Assembly (NCBI GenBank): GCA_965140415.1
Contig: OZ223209.1
Span: 4,064,001-4,128,000, forward strand
Direction: 5' to 3'
Source: Myxococcota bacterium
GTDB lineage: Bacteria > Myxococcota_A > SURF-8
DNA length: 64,000 nt
Shown here in pieces: positions 25,863-34,832 of this stretch; the stretch's first letter is position 1; every line of letters begins with the position of its first letter. A program made the position numbers and the translations under genes. The notes beneath the pieces are model-generated. The model did not search any database and was not told where the DNA came from. It saw only the letters and a program-made list of their open reading frames with translations.

Positions 25863-26639
25863 TCACATCACCCCCAGCACCCAGCCTTCAATCGTTTCCG
25901 CAATACGGCGTTCCTCGTCGGTCAGGTGCGGGTGGAAGTATGTTTCCAGACGGTCGGTACGGTCCATCTCGGACATCCAGCGCGCCACGGAATAGGCGTC
26001 GTGTTCCTGTGGGGACCGGCGTTCTTTCGGATAGCTGCGGCTGAACATGAACGGCGACACCTCGGCGATGACCGACTTCCCTTCCGGCGGTGACCATCCG
26101 TCGAAAGGCCAGAAATGGACCCGGTCGCCCACCTTCTCCCGGATATGCGCAAGCCAGGGGATGCCCGCCCAGCTGATCTGGCCCATTGCGCCATGGCCGA
26201 CAAAGCGGAAGATGCCTTTCGCGCCCGGCATTCGTGTCTCCGTGATGCGCAGTTGGTCCGGCGTACCTCCCGGCGGCACGGAATCTTCACGATCCAATGT
26301 GAAACAGACGTACATGTTCGGTTTGTGCGTCGGCCACCAGAGCGGGAAATGGCGCAGCATCTCGCTCCAGTCCGGCAGGGTTTGCAGGTCGAACCAGGTC
26401 TTGGGCAGCGAAAAGCAGTGGCCGAGGCCGACGATGACCGGCTCGGCGGTCGTCTGCTCGATCACCCACTCGGCGATCCCCTTACGAGACCAGTTCTGCG
26501 GACCGAAGGGGTAGGCGTCCGGTGTGATTACTTTCTCCGGTTCGCCGGAACCGTCGGCGCGATAGACCGCCAGCGATTTCAAACGGCTGGACGATGTTTC
26601 CGCTCCGGCGTAGTGGATGCCGATGTAGGAGTCAAACAT
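25863..26639 (-). CDS. RNase H-fold / DUF429-like hypothetical protein
   Basis: YIGIHYAGA, VIVGLGHCFSLP, LRITE, FWPFDGW, IAEVSP, EHDA, EGWVLGV; a family commonly seen beside R-M genes. Confidence 0.65.
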   Translation of the reverse strand: MFDSYIGIHYAGAETSSSRLKSLAVYRADGSGEPEKVITPDAYPFGPQNWSRKGIAEWVIEQTTAEPVIVGLGHCFSLPKTWFDLQTLPDWSEMLRHFPLWWPTHKPNMYVCFTLDREDSVPPGGTPDQLRITETRMPGAKGIFRFVGHGAMGQISWAGIPWLAHIREKVGDRVHFWPFDGWSPPEGKSVIAEVSPFMFSRSYPKERRSPQEHDAYSVARWMSEMDRTDRLETYFHPHLTDEERRIAETIEGWVLGVM

Positions 26640-26702
26640 GGTTTCACCCAAATTCGAGGCGTCCGTTTGTACAAAGCAAAGGAACTAATTTTGACAAGGC
26701 TA

Positions 26703-29700
26703 TTACTCAAGAGTTCGTCTTTTCACTGCGTATACAATATCCTCAATCCAAATGGAGGCATCTTTAAGTTCTGAGATCTCTGGATCAGTCAGCACTTCTA
26801 GGTGACTCCTTTGGGCAACAGAGATCATCACATCACGAAAGACTCTCCAGCATCCTTTGTAGATTCCCATGGCGATCCATTGTGAGGCTAATTTGACGAT
26901 ATGGTCACGTGATATACCTTGGTCAAGTGCATCTTCAGTATGACGGTGGATGCTAATTCTCCATCTACCTCGAGCGATATTTTCAAGTTTATCGATGAAT
27001 GTATCAGAATCAAAGAAATGATGGCGATACTTCTTATCTATCAACGGGAAAACGTGTGAGTTTGCCCAATCACGCAGCTCAAGTTTATTCGCTCTTTCCC
27101 ATATCTCGAGCAAGGCAAGGTCACCAAGGAATTGCAAATATGGCTCTAGCGCGATTAGCTGTCCCTTTTTTATCGGAGATCGACCTTTTTCTTTAAAGCC
27201 AAAGTTCATCGACAAGTGTTTGAACAAAGGACGTGGATCTGCTTGTTCAGCAATTATTTTTTCCACCAATGGTAGTGTGCTAGGGGTTGCTAGAAATAGA
27301 GCTAGTTGGAAAAACCGGTCGATGTCTTTCAGTTTTGGCCAGTGTCGAAGTAAGAGTTCTTCTGCATGATCATAGGGGATGAGAAAAAGAACCTTTGAAA
27401 GATGGTATCCTAAGTCATTATTCTTATCACCTTGATCAGCAGCATAGCTATCAAAGATAGAAGTGAAAATCTCTTTGAATTCCAGATTCCAGCAAGGTGG
27501 GAAAAACTGAAGCCAATAGCCAGCATCTCTTACATTATGGAGAAGTGTCGGTAGGTCGGAAAGTGTCGATCTATCGCCTAATAGCATCCTTCGCCCAAGA
27601 GCGGCACGATAAAATGGGCTAGTTTGGGGGATTTTTCGAAGACAATCCGGTGAACCACGATAACTTGAAGACCACAGGTAAAATGCTTGCTGTCTTACGT
27701 ATTTTGGCTCAGCCTCATTATCCCAAAGAGACAGGAGGCGCTCCATCGATTCTACGCTTAATGATTTCCCATGTGTCCAGTCCGGATTCCAATGTCGATG
27801 AGATGACATAAGCCATGGAGAATACTTTTCGGATTCATCACATTGTTCTTGAATCTTCGCATTTTGTCTAACAATACACTCTACAGCATCTGGATGGTCT
27901 ATTTCTGACAAAATTAGCATAATAGGCCACTTGAGGTCGTCATCAATCTGATGGATTAAAAACAGAATTGCGTTTTGCGGAAGACCTCGTGTAAATGCCA
28001 TCCTCAGTTCAGGCTCTGCGATGGAATTACGCGGTGACATTCCATATTCGTTATGCTCATTTGAAAGCGTTCGCCAGTGGTTCATCATTTCTATAATTGC
28101 AGTTTTGTCGTCAGAGCAGCAATTAAGAGCTGCCCACAACGCATCTGCAAGAATCTTGGTTTTGTCGGGTGAATTATGCCAGCATTCGGCAATAGCTGGT
28201 GCTAAGTTCTCTGAAGACATATGTCCGGCGAGTCTCAAAGTTCCTTTTCTTCCGTAATTCGTTAGATTTGTTTTTCTTAGATATTCCTTTAAGGCTTCAA
28301 TCAAGTTATGGCCATGCTCGTTCATGGCGTCGTTGATTGCAGTGTCTCGCCATTGTGAGCCAAGTGAAGGTTCAAAGTGGATACACAGTTTTATACCGCT
28401 GAGAAGATCTCCGTTTCGCAGTCTCGCTACTAGAATAGGCATGCTTTGACTATTCAGTTTTTCTGTAATCGAGAGGACTTGTGATCCTTTCGAAAGAGAA
28501 AGTTTATTTTCGATTGCCCATCTGAGAGAACTCAATATTTTAGGATTGTTGTCCAACCATGCCAGACAGGCATCCGCAATGGTTTGCTTATCATTTTCCT
28601 GATCGGTTCCTACGAGTCGCAAAGCCTCAAAACCAGCTAAAGGATTGTCCGCCATCACTGCAGGCAAATGCGAAGTCATATCCGATGTTAGCAACAAGGA
28701 TTGTCCTATTATTTCAGCGTAGTAGGGTTCTTCAAGAATATCTTTGCTTAGATCTCCCAAATTTAGATGATTGGCGATACATTTTGCTAGGACATGGTCT
28801 CGGAGTCTGTCGTGTTTGAAACGAAAGGTCTCAACATCACCATTCGCTTCCAATCCACACAAAGATGTCTCCAAGGCCAAGCATCTAAGAGCTGCAGGTG
28901 TTCCAGAATCTTCCGAGAAGGATGCGAGAATATCTGACCAGCGTGGTACCATTACGTTATTTGTGAGCATCCAGCTTGCCAGCTTCTCCAAAGCATTCCA
29001 ACAGTCAGTTGCTGCCAGCCTAATTGATTGAGAGCCTTTTTTAATTTCATCATTTATGTAATCGTAAACAAGCGAAGAACATTCTATAGATCGGCTTGCT
29101 TGGGTTTTCCAACGGCTGATCCACATTGCAAGTAGAAGTGGATCCCCACCAAGTGAGCGGGCAATATCGGATGCTTCCAAATGAGTTAATTGATGTTCTC
29201 CAGCAGTATTTCTAATGAGATATTCAACGCTAGTTTTTGCACGGAAACGACCGATATTAAAAGCACGTTTTAAGACACCTGTGCGAAAGCTAGTGGAAAG
29301 AGCATCTAAAATTCGAGGCCAGATCGGACAAATAATAATCACTTTGGTCGATTTATATTTAACATTCGACCAGGCGAATAGTTTCTCTAACAATCGGGAA
29401 GGAGACTGACTACGATTAAGATCGTCTATCCCAATTAAGAGGCCCTGTTTCTGACTGGAAAGTCGCATTGCGCTTTGTCCTGCTTCATCCTCCAGCCCAG
29501 GACTCAGCGTTGTTAACCAATCACTAAGGGCAGACTCTAGAGTTGGGTTCCTATCCACAATTTCATCTGGTAACCATAAGCCAAAACCAATATCTGACCA
29601 GCTTTTAAGTATTTTCTGCGTAGCGACGCTTTTGCCGAATCCTGAATCCCCTAGCAGAAGAGTCAGCCCATTATCTGTTTTTTTTAAATGTTTTATCAGG

Positions 29701-30353
29701 AATTGATCAATTGGTCTCGCAACATCCGTTTCTAAATCGTAGTCGAATAAAGTCGTTGTATGCCTTTCCACAGATTTGCAGCATAGTTCACCAAACTGGT
29801 CAAGAGACAAGCGCTCCTGGGTAATTCCTAAGTATTTCCTTCTAATCCATTGTCCATCTGCTTTAATATCAAGAAATTCCGATAAGCGAGCTGCATCCCA
29901 TATATCCAGCTCAATGCTAACGCTAGAGCATGCATCTACAACTGAATCGTAGGTTTTTGAGTTCACGCGCTGATTGCAGGTTAAAATTAAAGTGATGTTA
30001 GCATCGGGATGCTTTCTTCTGACATCAGTAGCCCACTTCGTTGCTTTATGAACATCTCCTAAAACAGTTCTAGGGCCTCTATTCGCCGGGATATTCAGCC
30101 ATTTCTTGTCGAGATCAGATTCGGTGGTTTGCTCCACTAAAATGTATTCTGGGGGCACAGAGTCAGTACGAGCGAATACGCCATCGAGAGGATCCTTTAC
30201 TGTCTGTCCGGCTGTATTGACCCCTGTGTGAACCATTCCTTCGTAATTTGGCTTTGAATAACGGAGAACAGCCATTGCAAGGCGTTCAAACAAGGCAAAA
30301 TCAGTCATTGTTGCTATTTGTTGGAGTGTTTGGCTGTCCTGCGATTGGGCCAT
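26703..30353 (-). CDS. STAND-like P-loop NTPase with N-terminal REase-like domain (Avs-like)
   Basis: N-terminal FERLA...HTGVN..GQTVKDPLDG...IWD; Walker A GDSGFGKS; Walker B IGIDD; GDPLLL; FRFKHD; long helical C-terminus; AT-rich. Confidence 0.78.
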   Translation of the reverse strand: MAQSQDSQTLQQIATMTDFALFERLAMAVLRYSKPNYEGMVHTGVNTAGQTVKDPLDGVFARTDSVPPEYILVEQTTESDLDKKWLNIPANRGPRTVLGDVHKATKWATDVRRKHPDANITLILTCNQRVNSKTYDSVVDACSSVSIELDIWDAARLSEFLDIKADGQWIRRKYLGITQERLSLDQFGELCCKSVERHTTTLFDYDLETDVARPIDQFLIKHLKKTDNGLTLLLGDSGFGKSVATQKILKSWSDIGFGLWLPDEIVDRNPTLESALSDWLTTLSPGLEDEAGQSAMRLSSQKQGLLIGIDDLNRSQSPSRLLEKLFAWSNVKYKSTKVIIICPIWPRILDALSTSFRTGVLKRAFNIGRFRAKTSVEYLIRNTAGEHQLTHLEASDIARSLGGDPLLLAMWISRWKTQASRSIECSSLVYDYINDEIKKGSQSIRLAATDCWNALEKLASWMLTNNVMVPRWSDILASFSEDSGTPAALRCLALETSLCGLEANGDVETFRFKHDRLRDHVLAKCIANHLNLGDLSKDILEEPYYAEIIGQSLLLTSDMTSHLPAVMADNPLAGFEALRLVGTDQENDKQTIADACLAWLDNNPKILSSLRWAIENKLSLSKGSQVLSITEKLNSQSMPILVARLRNGDLLSGIKLCIHFEPSLGSQWRDTAINDAMNEHGHNLIEALKEYLRKTNLTNYGRKGTLRLAGHMSSENLAPAIAECWHNSPDKTKILADALWAALNCCSDDKTAIIEMMNHWRTLSNEHNEYGMSPRNSIAEPELRMAFTRGLPQNAILFLIHQIDDDLKWPIMLILSEIDHPDAVECIVRQNAKIQEQCDESEKYSPWLMSSHRHWNPDWTHGKSLSVESMERLLSLWDNEAEPKYVRQQAFYLWSSSYRGSPDCLRKIPQTSPFYRAALGRRMLLGDRSTLSDLPTLLHNVRDAGYWLQFFPPCWNLEFKEIFTSIFDSYAADQGDKNNDLGYHLSKVLFLIPYDHAEELLLRHWPKLKDIDRFFQLALFLATPSTLPLVEKIIAEQADPRPLFKHLSMNFGFKEKGRSPIKKGQLIALEPYLQFLGDLALLEIWERANKLELRDWANSHVFPLIDKKYRHHFFDSDTFIDKLENIARGRWRISIHRHTEDALDQGISRDHIVKLASQWIAMGIYKGCWRVFRDVMISVAQRSHLEVLTDPEISELKDASIWIEDIVYAVKRRTLE

Positions 30354-30398
30354 AGGGGGTCCTCTTACACCGGTATAGTCAAAAAAGATGTCGAACGA

Positions 30399-33300
30399 CT
30401 AAAGGGACACATCAAGAATAAAAGAATCGACTACTAACGGCGTCTTCGAAAGCTGGCTACTTGATTCTTTTAATTCCTTAAGCGTGTCAGCAATATTTTG
30501 AGTATGCCGATGTTTTCCTTTCTTTTTCTCGTTCTTCGGGCAGTTTGGATCCCACTGATCGCAGTGATACCAGCCAACAAGGTAGATTCCGTGTCGACAC
30601 GCAGCACTATTGAGGTAGCGATCAACAAGCTGATTCTTCATGGCTGAATCGAGATCACTGTTCCAACACCCCTTGCATTCGATGATAACGGTCAGCTTGT
30701 CATTATTTTCTCTAGAAACGGCATCGATACGGATATCCGTTTGATCCCCAATATTGATCCTTGTTTCGCGATTGATGATTATTCCGAGGGAATCCAGATC
30801 TCGTTGCAATTCATCGACCACTACTCGAGAGAAAGCTGGCTCGTCTTTAGGCCGATAGACGACTTTCTGCCCATTCTTGTTTTCATTCCAGAAATTCAGT
30901 TTTGCCATTCTTGCGTTGTCTTGAATCCGAGATTGCAGCCTTTCCAACGATTCCAAGACAACAGATAAGAGGTCACCCTCGCTATTAACAATACGTTTTC
31001 CGTTATCGGAGAAAAGCGCGTAGACTTCTGAAACTTTTGGTGGATTCCAGTTGTGTTCAAGCATCAGTTGCTGCGCTTCTGGTATGCTCCATCGAATCCA
31101 TTCCAATTCTGGAAACTTACCAGCAATAGTCGTTAATGCATCAATCCCTGCCGAAGTTTTTCTGTACTTGATTACTCTGAATACATTGCTCTTAACTTCT
31201 GTAATTTGTTGCCTTGCAGAAACAAATCCTTGTGGAGGAGGTGGATCGTCGCTGTATGGGAACAGATCAACGAGAAGAATGAACAGCTCGGCAAGATCAT
31301 TCTCACTGGCGTGGTTATAAAATCGATTGAAATATTCCTCAGAACTGTTTCCCATGGATAGAAACAGTTCGTTGCCGAAATCATTGCATCGCAATGCGGC
31401 TTCGCGGATCAGCGACCACGATTCGATGGGCCGATAGCGGAATAACGCTTTTCCAGCATAGACCGCCAATTTGAAAAATGGATCGCTCTTTTTCGAGATG
31501 AGTGAAACGACCTCCCCCGCATAATCGAGCGCTTCATTACCTTCACCATGTTTGAGAATGCTTTCCAGAATGTCGCCGAAACATTCAGGCCTTAAGCTGA
31601 TGTCATATAGCTTTTGAGTTAATGCAATTTCAATATTTTCATCCCACAGCAACTCGACACGTCTCGGAACAAATAGGATTGAATTTTCAGCATCGCTATT
31701 TTGACCGTCGATCATTTCTATTAAGCTATGTATCATGTCAGATTTTGCATCTTTATATGCAGCAAGGAGCAGAGGTTTCAGTTCTGCATCTTCATCATCA
31801 TTATTTGAAATGGGATAACGCCAGAATATCGCATTCCATTTTTTCCAAGTGGCGGTCTCGAATTTCGCTAAAATCGAAGGGGACGCCTTTTCCAATAAAT
31901 GCCATGCCGCATATCCACAAATCATTTCGGTGGGTAAGTGATTCGTTCTAATCCATCTACTCGTTAATGGATCAATTTCCAGAATGTACCTTTTTGCAAT
32001 CTCCTGATATTTTTCTTTCTCTGAGACTGATGCTCTTTCCCAACCCGGAGACTTTGTTAAATCGTCGGGAAAGCTATTGTGGGGAGGTGATTCTGAAGAT
32101 TCTCTTTCCAACTCAAAAGAAATATTCTGCCAAAGTTCGATGCGACCTTTTTCTTCGATGGCTTCAATGCATTTTTGGATATGATCTTGAGGATCATGCC
32201 ACTGTGATCGTTGATTCTGCCATTTTTTCCTCTCTGCTTCCAATCGTTGTTTTTGCCTCTCAATTTCTTCTGGGCTAAACGAATGGAAAATTGGTTCAAG
32301 AATCGAATCCCCCTTAAGGGAATTATAGAATTGATGCTTGATTGTTTCTGAGAAGCCGGAGAAGCAGTATCTAATTATTTCACCCAGATGTTTCTTGCTC
32401 TCATCGTTTTCTATAGATTGCAGAATCGAGATGGCCCAATCAACATCGTCTTCAGAGATCGGAAAATCGCTAATGCCAAACAAATCATGACTGGAAAGCG
32501 TAATACGTTCTGCCAATAGCAAGAATAATTTCCTTCGTATTGACTTCTCCGAAACCAGTTTTTGTTGAATTTCTCTACTTTGCCTGAGATCGTATGGATT
32601 ATTTGATTGGATACGCTCCACGAGTACGTCTGACAGTTTCGTAGCAATGATATCATCATCAAGATGGTCCAGACTTCGAAGAACAATATCTTCCGGCAAA
32701 TTCCAGAATGGTCCCATGTGCCATCCTTGAACTATACGTATCCAGTGGAGGGCCAGTGACAGATCGGATTTCGATAAATTATTGGGCAGTCCTTTGAGGA
32801 AGCTATAATAGCTTCCGAAGAACATATACTCCTTGGGATTTGTAAGAAGCACAAATAGCTCTTCGGTAGTTATGTGAGCCGGCCAAAGGCATGCCAAGCC
32901 ATGACCTTTGAGTTGATCCTTTGGATCTGAACCTGCCAACCCTTCTGCAAGGGGGTGAAGTTTTAATTGATGGGCTTCGTTACCGATCCGCTTTACCGAA
33001 GAGGCTGCCATATCGCGGACGACATCTGGCTCGCCTTGATCCAGAGCCATACGTACCAGTTCATCTTGTATTTCATTCGAGTCGCATCTGCATTGTCGGA
33101 TCATCTGCAAAGCAATGCGACGAATCATAATGTCTTCGGATTGGTTCAAAACGATTGGCAATAGGTATTCCCAAAGTGCAGGAAATGATAAATGCGAGAA
33201 ATTTACCTCGTAGTCAGGGTAAGGTATGGTCTTGTTTCTATAAGCATTTACTAAACCAAGAATGGCTTTTTCTTTTATTTGCTCAGTTAGGGAGTCTGAA

Positions 33301-34832
33301 CTAATTGCCAAAAAGACCTCTGGATTTCTATCCTGAATTATCTGTAGTATTTCAGAAGAATACCTGATAAGCCAGCCAGTCACCTCATGAAGCTGGGGTA
33401 ACACCTTTCCGCTTGGGTTAAATAATAAAGGAATTATCTGTTCCGCAGAGATTTTCGTTTCTTGGCAGTACTGGGCTGTAAGGTATTCTTTGATATTATG
33501 AACAGACCATTCTAAACGAGTTGCACCTAGACTTGAAAAAAACGGAGTGTCGAATATTTCTTGATAGTGATCAAATCCTGCTTGGAATTCAGCCCATTCC
33601 TCGATTTGTATAAGCTCAGTAAGAAGCATATCGGAATTAACTGATTGGCTTTTATCAGAATCAATGAAAACGGTATTCTTTCCAGAAAACAACATCAAAG
33701 CAGCTATTTTCGATAGTTCATTCTTTCGCTTTTCAGGAGAGATTCTTCCAAGTAACCTTCTGCTTTTCCTACTAGGATTTGATTCTTGGCAGTATATCAG
33801 GATCTGACTTTCAAACAATTCTTCACGCTTTTCTGGAATTGCCCCATGTTGTTTATAATACCTTAGTAGCGAATTGAGCTTAAAGGGAGTATTCGCAAAT
33901 ATTGTTGCGTTTTTATTATAGATTTCGCCAACAAACGCATCGGAATCCAAACCTTCCCTTAAGGCTGCTTCGATAACATTTTTGTGTTGAAGTGGTGCTA
34001 ATTTAAATAATTCATACTCATCTTTAGTAAATAGCGGTTTTAGTCTTGCTTCAAAGTATTGGGGCCAAGCAGCAGATCTGCAAGCAAGTCTAACTTTGAG
34101 TCTATTCCAGTCAGTATTTGTCCTTGTCAATCCTTCAACAATAACTTGCGCAGCTGTTTGTACGTCGATAAGACATTCATCTAAACTGTCAATAAACAAA
34201 CACAAGTTATGAGTGCCTGTCACCCAATTCTGAAATATCGGGTTTTTGAATAACTCTTCTCTAAGTTCTAACCCGCTACCAATTGAGTTTAAATCCTTAA
34301 ATAATACTTGGTCACCGTTAGCCTCATACTCAAGACTGAGGCGTTCAAATTCTTGTTTCAAGGTCGTTGACTTACCAATTCCTGGTTCCCCAAGCAAACC
34401 GAGGAAACGGTAAGATTCAATCTCTTTCAATAACTTAGCGGTATTGCTATACTCATTGAATTCACCCAAGTCTGGTAAGAATCCGTTGAACTTAATAATT
34501 CCGATACTAAGAGCTTCTGTCGCGATCCGACTCGGAATCCAATATCTATTCCAATTGTACTTTGGAAAAGAATTTTGGGTTGAAACACTTGATGTTACCT
34601 CAAGTGTTTGATTTTCTGAGACCTCCTCAGCACTTTCATGTATGAGTTCAGTTGAAGATATTTTCATCACGGACAAAGCACTTTTAATCAACCATCGGGA
34701 TATGGCGTAAAGAAATCCCAAAATACCAACAAGGCCAGCCATTAGACCGACCCATTCTGCAGGTTTATCTACTCCATCTGAAAGCCAAGAATATACGGGT
34801 TTGATAAAAATCAAAAACTTCTCAAGCATCAT
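30399..34832 (-). CDS. NACHT/STAND NTPase with N-terminal TM and C-terminal PD-(D/E)XK nuclease
   Basis: Walker A GEPGIGKST, Walker B FIDSLDE, LACR, NTPF, EYLTA; C-terminal TDIRI...IIECKGCWN...QLVDRYL...GIYLVGWY; ATGA overlap with the type IIG stop. Confidence 0.85.
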   Translation of the reverse strand: MMLEKFLIFIKPVYSWLSDGVDKPAEWVGLMAGLVGILGFLYAISRWLIKSALSVMKISSTELIHESAEEVSENQTLEVTSSVSTQNSFPKYNWNRYWIPSRIATEALSIGIIKFNGFLPDLGEFNEYSNTAKLLKEIESYRFLGLLGEPGIGKSTTLKQEFERLSLEYEANGDQVLFKDLNSIGSGLELREELFKNPIFQNWVTGTHNLCLFIDSLDECLIDVQTAAQVIVEGLTRTNTDWNRLKVRLACRSAAWPQYFEARLKPLFTKDEYELFKLAPLQHKNVIEAALREGLDSDAFVGEIYNKNATIFANTPFKLNSLLRYYKQHGAIPEKREELFESQILIYCQESNPSRKSRRLLGRISPEKRKNELSKIAALMLFSGKNTVFIDSDKSQSVNSDMLLTELIQIEEWAEFQAGFDHYQEIFDTPFFSSLGATRLEWSVHNIKEYLTAQYCQETKISAEQIIPLLFNPSGKVLPQLHEVTGWLIRYSSEILQIIQDRNPEVFLAISSDSLTEQIKEKAILGLVNAYRNKTIPYPDYEVNFSHLSFPALWEYLLPIVLNQSEDIMIRRIALQMIRQCRCDSNEIQDELVRMALDQGEPDVVRDMAASSVKRIGNEAHQLKLHPLAEGLAGSDPKDQLKGHGLACLWPAHITTEELFVLLTNPKEYMFFGSYYSFLKGLPNNLSKSDLSLALHWIRIVQGWHMGPFWNLPEDIVLRSLDHLDDDIIATKLSDVLVERIQSNNPYDLRQSREIQQKLVSEKSIRRKLFLLLAERITLSSHDLFGISDFPISEDDVDWAISILQSIENDESKKHLGEIIRYCFSGFSETIKHQFYNSLKGDSILEPIFHSFSPEEIERQKQRLEAERKKWQNQRSQWHDPQDHIQKCIEAIEEKGRIELWQNISFELERESSESPPHNSFPDDLTKSPGWERASVSEKEKYQEIAKRYILEIDPLTSRWIRTNHLPTEMICGYAAWHLLEKASPSILAKFETATWKKWNAIFWRYPISNNDDEDAELKPLLLAAYKDAKSDMIHSLIEMIDGQNSDAENSILFVPRRVELLWDENIEIALTQKLYDISLRPECFGDILESILKHGEGNEALDYAGEVVSLISKKSDPFFKLAVYAGKALFRYRPIESWSLIREAALRCNDFGNELFLSMGNSSEEYFNRFYNHASENDLAELFILLVDLFPYSDDPPPPQGFVSARQQITEVKSNVFRVIKYRKTSAGIDALTTIAGKFPELEWIRWSIPEAQQLMLEHNWNPPKVSEVYALFSDNGKRIVNSEGDLLSVVLESLERLQSRIQDNARMAKLNFWNENKNGQKVVYRPKDEPAFSRVVVDELQRDLDSLGIIINRETRINIGDQTDIRIDAVSRENNDKLTVIIECKGCWNSDLDSAMKNQLVDRYLNSAACRHGIYLVGWYHCDQWDPNCPKNEKKKGKHRHTQNIADTLKELKESSSQLSKTPLVVDSFILDVSL

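Noticed and set aside
30354-30398. Possible second chimeric junction between the two STAND genes (reads FDIFFDYTG, faintly like the start of the DUF429-like gene)
   Set aside because: Similarity is too weak at the DNA level, and there is no copy of the type IIG 3' end.
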